A DNA stretch of 64,000 nucleotides from Eledone cirrhosa. Lineage: Eukaryota. Position numbers and translations under genes: made by a program. The first letter of the stretch is position 1, and every line of letters begins with the position of its first letter. Shown one piece after another: positions 11,733-28,425 of the stretch. A model generated the notes under the pieces. It saw only the letters and a program-made list of their open reading frames with translations. It ran no database searches and had not been told where the DNA came from. The stretch lies in contig OZ024741.1 in the NCBI GenBank assembly GCA_964016885.1, positions 86,552,001 to 86,616,000 on the forward strand, written 5' to 3'.

Positions 11733-12482
11733 AGTAAGGTGGGAATTGGATTTCGAATATATTTTGCTTCAATTTAATTTTTTTTTTTAATCCTGCAAAG
11801 ATGGAGAAGTATAAATACCTATATATCATAGTGTATGTATAGATGTTGATTAAACAAATTTTCACCTAACATTATTTGAATAATTTAAAATATAACTTTC
11901 TTGAAATATGTGTAAGGAATTAAAAACGATTTAAAAGTTAATTTTTCCACCTATATATTTGATTATATATATATATATGTGTGTGTATAATACATAAAAA
12001 AGACAGAATTATGCTTTGTAAAGGAACTCTGACAAACGCCATTTGTATAAAAAATATAATTACTATTTTAAAATTTTATCAAAAGAATTTTGAAATACAT
12101 CAGATTGGTTGTTGAATAATTTCTATACATGGTATTGGTTAAGGGAAGTAACTCACAAGTTTTTAATGAAATTAAACTCAGAAAGATGTTAATAGATTGG
12201 AGAAGGCAATATGTGAGAATTATTACATACGAGCTGGCTCCGCGATGTCAAAAATGACGGCTAATCGTAGTATTTGTCTTTAATATAAAAACCAAGTATT
12301 TAGTTTAATAATTCTTTTATTACAATTTTTTGTGAAAAAATTATCCGCAACTAACAAAGATAACCAAGATAATATCTTGGTGCGCATATGTGTACATTTA
12401 TATGTATGAGAATATATATATATAAACACACAAACAGATACACTCACACAAATATAAATATATTCACACACACACACTCTCA

Positions 12483-13002
12483 CAATAACTGTTTCTACTT
12501 TTGGCACAAGACCAGCAATTACCCCAGTACATTACCGGTGCTTTATTTAATCGATCCCGTAAAGATGAAAAGCAAAGTTAACCTTGGAGGGATTTCAACC
12601 CAGAACGTAAAGAGCCATGACTCTGTGCCGCAAAGCATCGCTCTACTGATACTGCCAATTCACTGCCCTCACACTAACACAATAATTGTTTCTACTTTAG
12701 GCACAAGGCCAGCAATTACCCAGTACATTACTGGTACTTTATTTTATCGACCCCGTAAGGATGAAAGGCAAAGTTAAGCTCGGCGGGATTCGAACTCAGA
12801 CTAACACAATAATAACACTCACAATAATTGTTTCTACTTTAGGCACAAGGCCAGCAATTATTCAGTGCATTATTGGTACTTTATTTTATCGACATCGTAA
12901 GGATGAAAGGCAAAGTCAACCTCGGCGGGATTTGAACTCAGATCGTAAAGGGACGTAACTATGCTGGAAAGCATGGCGTCCGACCCTCTACCGATACTGC
13001 AA
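12483..13002 (-). mobile_element. Tandem cluster of three SINE family B copies
   Basis: Repeated TGTTTCTACTTT.GGCACAAG.CCAGCAATT...TCGA...GTAA.GATGAAA.GCAAAGT units; near reverse complement of 38971-39150. Confidence 0.8.
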
Positions 13003-13159
13003 TAATAATAGCCAATTTGCTACATATACATGTACAAGTGTAATGAATCTTAGAACTGTTTTCTATAGGTTGTCACCACCCCCTTCCTTCCTCAGTCATC
13101 TCCTTTTCAGTGACGACGAACAAATATATAAATAAATATACATTGGCTATTATTATAGA

Positions 13160-13253
13160 ACTTTGCCTTTCATCCTTACGGGGTCGATAAAATAAAGTAC
13201 CAGTAATACACTGGCATAATTGCTGGCCTTGTGCCAAAAGTAGAAACAATTAT
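13160..13253 (+). mobile_element. SINE family B 3' half
   Basis: ACTTTGCCTTTCATCCTTACGGGGTCGATAAAATAAAGTACCAG...AGTAGAAACAATTATT. Confidence 0.75.
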
Positions 13254-13423
13254 TATAGTTGATGATTAGTAGTAAAAAAAATTAAAGGCAATTAAAAATA
13301 TAATTTTAGTTAAGACATAGTTTATAGATTTAAAGTTTTCAAATGGATATTTAGGGTACCACTTATCAAAATTAGTGAACATAGTTTGATTTATATATTA
13401 AGAATAAAGATGTAAAAAAAAAA

Positions 13424-13700
13424 TTAAGACTTGTGTAAAAAATAAGAGAAATCATAGGTAGTGTGCAAGTAAGAGACTGGTATGGACATGATACATATTG
13501 ATGATGATTGTTGGGTAAAAAAATGCCAGGAGTTTTCAATGGAAGGATGCTTGCACAAGAGAAAGACCAAAGAAGACATGGTGAAAGTGGACATCAAAAT
13601 GCTGAGCCTCACATGAGAAATGAAAAGAAGAATGTGACAAGTGGCCAGCGGTTGTGCTGGAAAAGACCCGTCTAACCTATGCAAGCATAGAAAAACAAGA
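13424..13700 (+). mobile_element. Old RTE 3' remnant
   Basis: Degenerate RL.WYGH...DD.WVKKC...GR...KT; ends in a GACCCGTCTAACCTATGCAAGCATAGAAAA tail motif. Confidence 0.6.
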
Positions 13701-15489
13701 ATAAAAGAATTATTTACTCCTAAGATATGAGGTGCAGCCAATTGTCGCACTTGGTGGTGGTGAATTACCGTTTCCCTTTTCTCCTTTTTAATGTTTTTTT
13801 TTATCTCTCTTTTATGCGTATATATTTGTATATATCATTTGTGTTTTTGTTCTGTAAGTATTATATTATTATACAAGTTTGATCTGTAATAAAAATATTC
13901 TTAATGGCAAAAAAAAAAAAAAAAAAATTATCCTTATACTGACAGTTCTAACATCTAATGGAGATATACTGACAGAAACTCCCTTTATATGAAAATAAAG
14001 TAAAATAAAAGAAGTGGAGGAGATAAATTCAAGTTGATATATATATGGAGATATAGAGGTACTGAAATATGAAACAGTATCATCATCATCATTTTACATT
14101 AACTTTCCATGCTAGGATAGATTGGATGAGATGTTACAGTCTGAGACCACACAGGTTGGGGTGACTAATCTTGCTCATTACATTCTATATTTGGCATTGT
14201 TTCTACGGCTGGATGCCCTTCCTTAAGACCAACAATCTTACAGGGTGATCTGGGAGTGTTTTTATAACATAAGTAGTACTACCAATTTTTAGAATTGATT
14301 GAATGCATTTTATCATGGCAATAACACTGACACTTTACAGGGTGTACTGTGTGCATTTTATCATGACACCAGCACTACAGAAGTTGCCATATGCTAGGCT
14401 TCTCAAATCTGTATTGTGTCTGTTCAAATGCCAAACACTGTAGCTTCTGGTCTCTCACCACGTTTACTTTTAGTGTCACAGTGCTTGTACTGATGGATGT
14501 TTTTTATGGTATATTACCACTCAGCTCAGTTTTGTGTCATTTCTTTCATGAGTCTGTATAAATAAATTAGAGATAGTGAGTTATATTTTTAAGGAGGGAA
14601 TATGTATGTTCACCAGACCTGATAAATGTTTAGTGTGGGTAAAATATTAAATCGAGTGGTATTTGGTAAAATTTTATGAGCTGTTATGAGTTAGGCTAAG
14701 GAGGTGAGCAAATTAAACAGCTTAAACGGGAATCTATGATGAGGAGAATTAAGAAAGAAATTTAAGATGATAAAGATATAAACAATGATTTCTAATTTAG
14801 GCACAAAGCCAGCAAATTTCGGGGAGGGGAAAGTTGGTTATATTGACCCCACTACTTAACTGGTACTTTATTTTATTGACTCCCAGAAAGAAGAATGGTA
14901 AAGTTTACCTTAGTGGGATTTGAACTCAAAATGTAAAAGGCCATAACTAAATGTTGCAAACATTTTGCATGATGTTCTACCAAATTTGGTGGGAAGGAAA
15001 CATTGATTAAATCAACCCTAGTGCTTTATTTTTATCAACCCCCAAAATGTGTAATAAATATGAAATAATCACATGCAGTTAAAATACAATAGGTCACATA
15101 AAGAAAGGCAATGGTAGTTTTATACATAGTAATGATTCATGAAGTATAGAGTTCAATATTGAGATAATATTAATGCATGTATAGTAGATGAATTTATTTA
15201 TGTAAGGAGATAAGAAAATTTAGTAGTAGTAGTAATAGTGATAGTAGTAGTAGAGAGAGAGACAGGGCATACTGCGGACATTTTTTGTGGTACACGCACT
15301 AGAGAGGTTGTCAGTCGTTGCTTCAACTGAAGAGCCCTCTCTATCCTATGGAGGGTGGGGGGAAAGTGAAGTGGGGAGTTAAGAAGGAAGATAAGTATGG
15401 TGTCATAGGTGTATGGCAGGTAGGAAACGTGAGAAAATATGTTTAAAATATTCAATTAGCAAATAATGCAGGCATTAAATTTTTAAATC

Positions 15490-15740
15490 ACCCAAGGCCA
15501 GCTCCTAATTTATATGTTCCCTTACAAAAATGTCAAGCTCACTTCACATAACATTGTAGCAAAGCTATTTCCATCAGCTGACCCTGCTCTCTTCAACATC
15601 ACACTGAAAGACATCAAGAAAAAAATAGATCTCAAAATGTTCAAATGGTACCTAGACAAATTCTTCCAAGAAATACCAGATAAACTATAAATGATGCCCA
15701 TATAAGTTTTAGTCAACAAAAACTTATACACAAACACTCA
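15490..15740 (+). mobile_element. Old L2/Crack-like RT C-terminal remnant
   Basis: Translates as PALFNI...KDI...FKWYLDKFFQEIPDK, typical of Crack/Daphne-type ends. Confidence 0.45.
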
Positions 15741-16387
15741 GTTAGTTTATATATATATATATATATATACAATCATGATGATAATGATGATATATACACA
15801 CATATATTTATGGTAAATATAACTACAGTTTTTTAATTAGAAGCCTTCACTGTGAAAAGAATGAAGTATAAACACTTTTGACTATTTCTCTGTACACAGA
15901 AAAAAATGTAAGAGATTACCTTTATGTACTTCTGAGATTTTTGTCTCCTCATCAGAAGATAACTACTCCTATAACTTTATATGAAGAGGAATATTACTAT
16001 AGCAGCACTATATATGTCAAGTAGAATGCAGTTTAAATAGTGAGTCTAATTTGTATGAGGTGCATACATATGGTGATGTAATTATTATTTAATTAGATAC
16101 ACTGACTAGAAGGATAAGCACCAGGAAGAACATCCGGCCATAAACTATAGCCTTTAAAAGAACTCCATGATGAGTATGAAGCCTATCATGTGAACTGCAA
16201 GGCCTACCCCTGCTTTAGTGGATAAAATGGCCTGAATATGTTTGCATTTCACTCGACTACAATTTTTATTACTCTCTGAACTCACTTTCAGTACCCTTAT
16301 ATTCTTTTTCTTCCTTATCTTTCCTATATTATTTATTTTTCTTATCCCCCCCCCCCCCTACTTTCTACCTTGCATACCCACTGCTAT

Positions 16388-16716
16388 TTATTTCTGTGTG
16401 TATGTATGTATTTGTGTATATATATATATATAATTTTTATATATATGCGTGTGTATATATATGTATATATGTGTGTGTGTGTGCATATTTTTATTTATGT
16501 GGTGATGTAACTTTTTGTATATATGTATGTGTGTATATAAGTGTGTATATATATATATATATGTGTGTATATATATATATATTTGTATGTATATATATAT
16601 ACATACAAATATATATATATACATATATTTATATACACACACATATATATACAAAAAGTTACATCACATAAATAAAAATATGCACACACACACATATATA
16701 CAAAAATTATATACAC

Positions 16717-16753
<37 letters not shown>

Positions 16754-16785
16754 AATACATACATACACATATATATATTTGTATG
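16388..16785. repeat. Inverted duplication of a complex TA/TG microsatellite block
   Basis: Unique core GCATATTTTTATTTATGTG..GATGTAACTTTTTG at ~16483-16517 recurs inverted at ~16652-16683. Confidence 0.75.
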
Positions 16786-16790
16786 TATAT

Positions 16791-16980
16791 ATCATCATCA
16801 TCATCGTTTAACGTCCATGTTCCACGCTTGCATGGGTTTGGACGGGAGTTTTCCCACTTGAGGCAAGAGTGGTTGTCATTGCTCGCATAGGACTGTCTGG
16901 CGGGTTTTTTACAGCTGGATGCCCTTCCTAACACCAACCACATTTACAGTGTGGGCTGGGAGGTTTTTACCGTGTTGCCT
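16791..16980 (-). mobile_element. RTE family B 3' end
   Basis: (CAT)n-CGTTTAACGTCC.TGTTCCACGCTTGCATGGG..., flanked by TA repeats. Confidence 0.85.
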
Positions 16981-17207
16981 ATATATATATATATATTTGT
17001 ATGTATATGTATGTATATGCATTATTACATACAGAGTTATTTAATGTTTATTTTCATTGATTATTTGCTCCAAGAATCAGTTGAGTGCTCTAAATCAGCT
17101 ATAAACATGTATACCTTTATTTATTATTTGTTGTATTCCCAACTATTTGAATACCCCTTCCACCTTTTTATTTTTATATATATATGTATTTATATATATA
17201 TATATAT

Positions 17208-17838
17208 ATCATCATTTCATTTTACGTCCGCTTTTCCTTGCTTGCAAGGGTGGGACGGGAATTGATTCTGGCTTGATTTCTACAGCTGGATGCCCTTCCT
17301 AACACCAACCTCATTTACAGTGAGTGCTGGGTGCTTTTTTGCCATGGCACCTCCACGACCACTTTGCAGTGGAATGATATGGACCCCAGTCCCTATCATC
17401 TCATTTCTACAGCTGAGTAAACTGGAGCAATGTGAAATAAAGTCTCTTGCTCAAGGAAACAACACATCGCCCGGTCTGAGAATTGAACTCATATATATAT
17501 ATATCATCATTTCATTTTACGTCTGCTTTTCCTTGCTTGCAAGGGTGGGACGGGAATTGATTCTGGCTTGATTTCTACAGCTGGATGCCCTTCCTAACAC
17601 CAACCTCATTTACAGTGAGTGGTGGGTGCTTTTTTGCCGTGGCACCTCCACGACCACTTTGCAGTGGAATGATATGGACCCCAGTCCCTATCATCTCATT
17701 TCTACAGCTGAGTAAACTGGAGCAATGTGAAATAAAGTGTCTTGCTCAAGGAAACAACACATCACCCGGTCTGAGAATTGAACTCACAACCTTTCGATTG
17801 CAAGCCCAATGCTCTAACCACTAAGCCATGTGCCTCCA
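17208..17838 (-). mobile_element. Two tandem SINE family A copies (17208-17490 partial head; 17504-17838 full)
   Basis: Near-identical to 1624-1970, separated by a short (TA)n. Confidence 0.88.
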
Positions 17839-18060
17839 TATGTTGAAAAATAAACATCATAACTTAAACCGTCCTTTTTTCACAAACGTTTTAAAGCATT
17901 TATGTAAGTATATGTGTATGTATGTGTGTGTGTCATCATCATTGTTTTTACGTCTGGTTTAAAAGAAAAAAAACGTATGTATGTGTGTACATGTGTGTGT
18001 AGGTAGGGGTCACTCACTCACTCATATATATATATATATGTATGTATATATATATATATG

Positions 18061-18127
<67 letters not shown>

Positions 18128-18292
18128 ATATATTATATAATTATATAATTATAACCTAATTCATTCAATCTGAAAATATTGAAGAGATAAGACACTTTGC
18201 CATTCTTCTCTGCTAAAATGTACCACTAGAGCTGGTTCAATTTTCCCAGCCAGCCATCCACCTAATCTACGAAGGTATTTTAGCCTACATAT

Positions 18293-18595
18293 TGTCGTTA
18301 ATATTATGATGTTCCCTGCTGTATTAGCGTTAAATTTTCCCTGCTGTATTAGCGATAAATTTTCGAGGGTTTCTCTTAGTAGCTTTTTCATGTCGTTAAT
18401 ATTATGATGTTCCCTGCTGTATTAGCGTTAAATTTTCCCTGCTGTATTAGCGATAAATTCTCGAGGGTTTCTCTTAGTAGCTTTTTCATGTCGTTAATAT
18501 TATGATGTTCCCTGCTGTATTAGCGTTAAATTTTCCCTGCTGTATTAGCGATAAATTTTCGAGGGTTTCTCTTAGTAGCTTTTTTCATGACGTTA
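18293..18595. repeat. Three tandem 98-bp monomers just upstream of the intact RTE
   Basis: TGTCGTTAATATTATGATGTTCCCTGCTGTATTAGCG...TAGTAGCTTTTTCA starting at 18293, 18391 and 18489. Confidence 0.9.
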
Positions 18596-18655
18596 TTATT
18601 GTTAATTTTACTGATGTAGTATTAACTTGGATATTTACCATGCGACCCTCAGTTC

Positions 18656-23038
<4,383 letters not shown>

Positions 23039-23044
23039 TATATA

Positions 23045-23452
23045 TAACAAGGTGAAAGGATAGACCAACACTGGGGGGAACTAAAAGGACGAAAAAACGG
23101 CTCAGTACTATACGAACATGCCAGACAACAACACAACGGTAACATAGACAACATAGAAATTAGAATAATATCTAAACATAGAAATGACCCAGCAGATAGG
23201 CAAATCAGAGAGGCCAGTGAAATAGAACTTAGAAGGCCAAGTCTAAACAGAAAGAATGAATGTAATAACAACAACACCCAAACAAACAACACTGACCTAA
23301 GAGAAGTATAAATAAATAAATAAATACATACACAAGCACAATAACAACAAACACATATAAACACACACTAGTAAAGATAGAATACATTAACCAATACACA
23401 GTCACCCAATCACGAACACACATCAAACAAAACACTATACGCAAACGCATGT
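23045..23452 (+). mobile_element. Penelope-like element 3' fragment (GIY-YIG C-terminal half)
   Basis: Manual translation of 23048-23311: QGERIDQHWGELKGRKNGSVLYEHARQQHNGNIDNIEIRIISKHRNDPADRQIREASEIELRRPSLNRKNEC (R..QH, S.L..H, RQ..EA..I and LN.K.E motifs). Confidence 0.7.
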
Positions 23453-25905
23453 ATTACTGCGTAGCGCCAAAGATCTCAGTCCAGAGATATTGTCTTGGAG
23501 AGGTGTAAGTGTGTGAGGTCGGAATTTATCACATCATCCCAGGTTTTTCTGGGTCTGCCTACTCCGTAACTACCATCAATTTTGATCGCCCTGCACTTTT
23601 TTATGCAGCTGTCGTCTTTCATGCGCATCATGTGACCATACCAACGTAGTCTTCTCTCAAGTAAACAGCATCTGATCCCTCTTATTCCTAATTTCTCACT
23701 TAGTTCATTTATGCTTTGCTGTTCACGTATATTACTATTACACATACAACGGAGCATACATGCTTCGTTCCTTTCCAGTCTACGCAGGTCCTCTGCACGT
23801 AATGCCCATGTCTCACTGCCATGTAGCATTGCTGTTCGTATACAGGCATCATACAATCTGCCTTTCATTTTTAGAGAGAAACCTTTTGTGGCCAACAGCG
23901 GTATAAGCACTCTGAACTTTTTCCATCCCGTTCTGACTCTGGCTACTGTACTTTCAGAACACCCTCCACCACTGCTGATTTTGTCACCCAGGTAACGCAA
24001 AGTGTCTACTATTTCTATAGAACCATCTGAGCAATAGAAGGAGCTAGTATCTTTTGGACACTTGCTACTTATTGCACCTGAGCGTTGGCCACATATAAAG
24101 TCTACGTTCTTAGATAGTTTACCTGTGATCCCACTACATCTTTTATGTACCCATACTTTGCATTTGGGACATAAAATGGAATTTCTGCCTACTCCTTTCC
24201 TACACACTGAGCATGGCCATTTCCCTGAGGGCACCTGTGCCCTATTTTCCTTTCTACAAACTAGAACTTTAGTCTTAGACAAGTTAACTTTAAGGCCTTT
24301 TGATTCTAGGCCATGCTTCCATGTTTGGAATTTCGTCTCTAGTTCAGCCATTGATTCAGCTATGAGCGTTAGATCATCTGCATATAGGAGTTCCCATGGG
24401 CAGCCGGTCTTGAACTCCTCTGTTATAGCCTGAAGGGCAATAATAAATAAGAGGGGGCTAAGGACAGAGCCTTGATGAACGCCAACTTTTACACTAAATT
24501 CTTCACAATATTCATTGTTAATTCTAACCTTACTGACTGTTTCATTATACATAGCTTGTATAGCTCTCACAAGCCATTCATCTACTGCTAGTTTTCTAAG
24601 AGCCCACCAGATAATGGAGCGGGGGACTCTGTTAAAAGCTTTCTCCAGGTTTACAAAAGCTAAGTAGAGGGGTTTACTTTTAGCTAGGTACTTCTCTTGT
24701 AGTTGTCGTACAATGAAAAGAGCGTCTGTGGTACTTTTACCTGACACAAAACCAAACTGCATTTCATCTAGATCAATTCGCTCTGATTAGTTGCGCTATA
24801 ACTCTTTCTGTGACCTTCATGACCTGGTCAACTAACTTAATGCCTCTATAGTTTCCCCTATCTAGAGCATCCCCTTTACCCTTGTAGCAGTTAATGATGA
24901 TGCTGCTACGCCAGTCTTTCGGTATGACCCCATTCTGTATTACTTGATTAACTAAATGGATGACCATAGTGTGTCCCACCATACTAGATGCCTTCAACAT
25001 CTCAGCAACTATCTCTGAAGGCCCAGCTGCCTTGCCTGTCTTCATATCTTTGATTGCCTTACTTATTATACTACCTTTAACTTGCACCGCTGGTCCTTCT
25101 ATTGGATCGATTTGGGGCAGACTATCTTTTTCCCATTTATTCTCTTCATTTAATAGTCTCCCGTAGTGACACTTCCAGGCTATCTTCTTATCAGTATCAG
25201 TGAGCGCAAGTACACCTTATCATTACGGACAAACTTCTCCCCGACAATATCATGGTTTTCCTTGACACATTGTCTAGCAATCCTGAACACCTCACGTTTT
25301 TGGTCCTCACGTTGTAGAACATGCTTGAACTTTCTTTCCTCTGCTTCCCTTTTTGCAAGGTACACTTGTCTCCTAGCTCCTCTCCTGGCCACTTGATAGT
25401 GCTCTCTACTTCCCCCATCCTGCCATACTTTCCAAGCCTGCTTTTGGCCTTGATTGTCTCTTCCACCACCAAGTTACTCTCCTCCTGCCAATAGGTCTGC
25501 TCCAGCCACAGATTTCATCCGTTGCTTTCAACAGGTTCACTTTCAAGAATTGCCACTGTTCCTCTATATTGCACGTCTCTAATTGCTCTTCCTTATTGTC
25601 AAAGGCATCAAGTAATAAGCTTTTAAATTTGTCACTGGCTATGGGGTCCTTCAATTTCCATATTCTTCTCCTCAAGGTAGGCCTCCTCTGTCGTCGAGTA
25701 CGTCTATTCCTGACTATGAGGTCACACTAACTACTAGGCTATGTTGGGAGGTGAATTCTTCACGGGGGAGGGATTTAGTGTTTACAACAGACATTTTGTC
25801 CCGTCTTCTAGTAAGGATATAATCTATGTGGCTGGCGTGTTCCCCTGATCTATAGGTGATCAAGTGGTTTTCACGTTTTTTGAAGTTTGTGTTACAGATA
25901 GTTTG
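23453..25905 (-). mobile_element. 5'-truncated, frameshifted RTE family B-related copy
   Basis: ORF pieces 25675-25406, 25392-25180, 25087-24773 and 24762-23476 are homologous to the 18903 ORF; truncated inside the endonuclease at ICNTNFKK. Confidence 0.9.
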
Positions 25906-25913
25906 GCCTTGGC

Positions 25914-26620
25914 TAATTACAGATGGTTAGGCTATGTTACAGATGGTTAGGCTATGTTACAGATGGTTAGGCTATGTTACAGATAGTTAGGCTATGTTAC
26001 AGATAGTTAGGCTATGTTACAGATAGTTAGGCTATGTTACAGATAGTTAGGCTAATTACAGATAGTTAGGCTATGTTACAGATAGTTAGGCTATGTTACA
26101 GATAGTTAGGCTATATTACAGATAGTTAGGCTATGTTACAGATAGTTAGGCTAATTACAGATAGTTAGGCTATGTTACAGATAGTTAGGCTAATTACAGA
26201 TAGTTAGGCTAATTACAGATAGTTAGGCTATGTTACAGATAGTTAGGCTATGTTACAGATAGTTAGGCTATGTTACAGATAGTTAGGCTATGTTACAGAT
26301 AGTTAGGCTAATTACAGATAGTTAGGCTATGTTACAGATAGTTAGGCTAATTACAGATAGTTAGGCTATGTTACAGATAGTTAGGCTATGTTACAGATAG
26401 TTAGGCTAATTACAGATAGTTAGGCTATGTTACAGATAGTTAGGCTATGTTACAGATAGTTAGGCTAATTACAGATAGTTAGGCTATGTTACAGATAGTT
26501 AGGCTAATTACAGATAGTTAGGCTATGTTACAGATAGTTAGGCTATGTTACAGATAGTTAGGCTAATTACAGATAGTTAGGCTGTTACAGATAGTTAGGC
26601 TGTTACAGATAGTTAGGCTG
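25914..26620. repeat. 19-20-bp minisatellite, about 35 units (GTTACAGATAGTTAGGCTAT / ATTACAGATAGTTAGGCTA)
   Basis: Direct tandem array with no spacers; the unit matches RTE coding sequence at 56564-56583. Confidence 0.95.
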
Positions 26621-27177
26621 TATATATATATATATATGTATATATGTGTGTGTGTGTGTATGTATGTATATATGTATATGTATGTATATATATGTGTGTG
26701 TATGTGTATATATAGATATGTATGTGCGTGCATATGTATGTGTACGTACTTATGTGTATGTGTGTATGTATGTATATCTTTATATATAGGTTTTTTATAT
26801 ATAGGTAAGTTTCTTATATATATGTGTGTATGTGGTTGTATGTATTTTTTCTCATGCGTATGTGTACGTGAATGTATTTATATGTTCTTATGCGTGTGAT
26901 TGTGAGTATATGCATGTGTATCAATGTGAATTGTATATGTGTGTATATGTGTGAAATTTTTTTCTTTATAAATGTGTGTGTAAGTATATGTATGTGTGTG
27001 TGTATATATATATATATATAAATGTATGTATTTACGTGTGCGTGTATATGTATTTGTATGTATACACTTTTCTGTGTATATGTTTGTACTGTATATATTT
27101 ATGTGTGTGTATTTTTCTGTGTATGTGTATATATGTTGTATGTGTATGCATGTATATATATGTATATATATATATAA

Positions 27178-27652
27178 ATTGATAAATTCCGACCTCACAC
27201 ACTTACACCTCTCCAAGACAATGTCACTGGACCGAGACCTTTGGCGGTACTCAGTAATAGAGAAGACCCGCCTTACCTAAATACAAAGTAAAACCTACTA
27301 CAGTCAGTAGGCATCTCTAACAAAATACACCCCCGTCCCACCACATCCACACCGCCCCTTTCAATGTAAAGTTATGTTGGTGCCACAACATCCAGGCCGA
27401 AACAAATGAGATCTTGTAGGTGTCACGACAAAAAAACACACAGTCCACGCTGTAATGTGGCCGTGTAGGCAACACGGTAAAAACCTCCCAGCCCCACACT
27501 GTAAATGTGGTTGGTGTTAGGAAGGGCATCCAGCTGTAGAAAACCCGCCAGACAGTCCTATGCGAGCAAGACAATCACTCTTGCCTCAAGTGGGAAAACC
27601 CCCATCCAAACCCATGCAAGCGTGGAACACGGACGTTAAACGATGATGATGA
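27178..27652 (+). mobile_element. RTE family B 3' fragment (last ORF codons, UTR, tail)
   Basis: LINSDLTHLHLSKTMSLDRDLWRYSVIEKTRLT*, then UTR and (GAT)n. Confidence 0.88.
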
Positions 27653-27658
27653 TATATA

Positions 27659-28060
27659 TATGATGGCTACCCTCTCTCTATCTATCTCTAAGCCACCTAT
27701 TACCTCCCTTTCCCTCTTCACCAATTCCTCCTCACTCATCTTGAAGCTATTGAAGAGATAAGACACTCTACTCTGAAAGGCTAAAATGAATCACTAAGGG
27801 CTGTTTAGCTACGTTCCAGCCATTTTGCCATGCTGTATTCTATCGGTTATTTTGATAGCCATCACGGTGACCCTCTCTCTATGATGGCTACCCCCCCTCT
27901 CTCTCTCTATGATGGCTACCCTCCCTCTAAGCCACCTATTACCTCCCTTTCCCTCTTCACCCATTTCTCCTCACTTATCTTGAAGTTATTGAAGAGATAA
28001 GACACACTCTACTCTGAAAGGCTAAAATGAATCACTAAGAGCTGTTTAGCTACGTTCCAT
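27659..28060. repeat. ~155-bp direct repeat pair upstream of RTE family A copy 2
   Basis: ATGATGGCTACCCTC..CTCTAAGCCACCTATTACC...GTTTAGCTACGTTCCA at ~27660 and ~27909. Confidence 0.8.
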
Positions 28061-28425
28061 CCATCCATCCATACAAATCTTGTCAGGTATCCCTATTTCC
28101 CCAATTGCAAATTTTCTGCTCGCAACTATTGCTGTATTTATCACTTCGCTAGCTACCACAACACATTTATTTTGTTACCCTCATTTTCTCTTACCATGCC
28201 GCCTCTCTATCTGTCTATTTTTCCATCAAAGGCTACAGGCCATGACTGGCTGTTATTATTATTGTAGCTGTATCGATAAAATGAAGTACCAGTAATGCAC
28301 TGGGTTATTGCAGGCCTTGTGCCTAAAGTAGAAACAATTATTATTGTAGCTGTATTCATTTCTATCGGTTATCTTGCCATGCTGTATTCACTTCTAGCGG
28401 TTATTTTGATAGCCATGACGGGCTG

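Noticed and set aside
12200-12300. CpG-containing segment with a minus-strand GTATGT donor as a possible upstream exon
   Set aside because: No P-loop coding sequence; unsupported without transcript data.
25914-26620. CRISPR-like array
   Set aside because: No unique spacers, no cas genes, eukaryotic context; the unit derives from the adjacent LINE.
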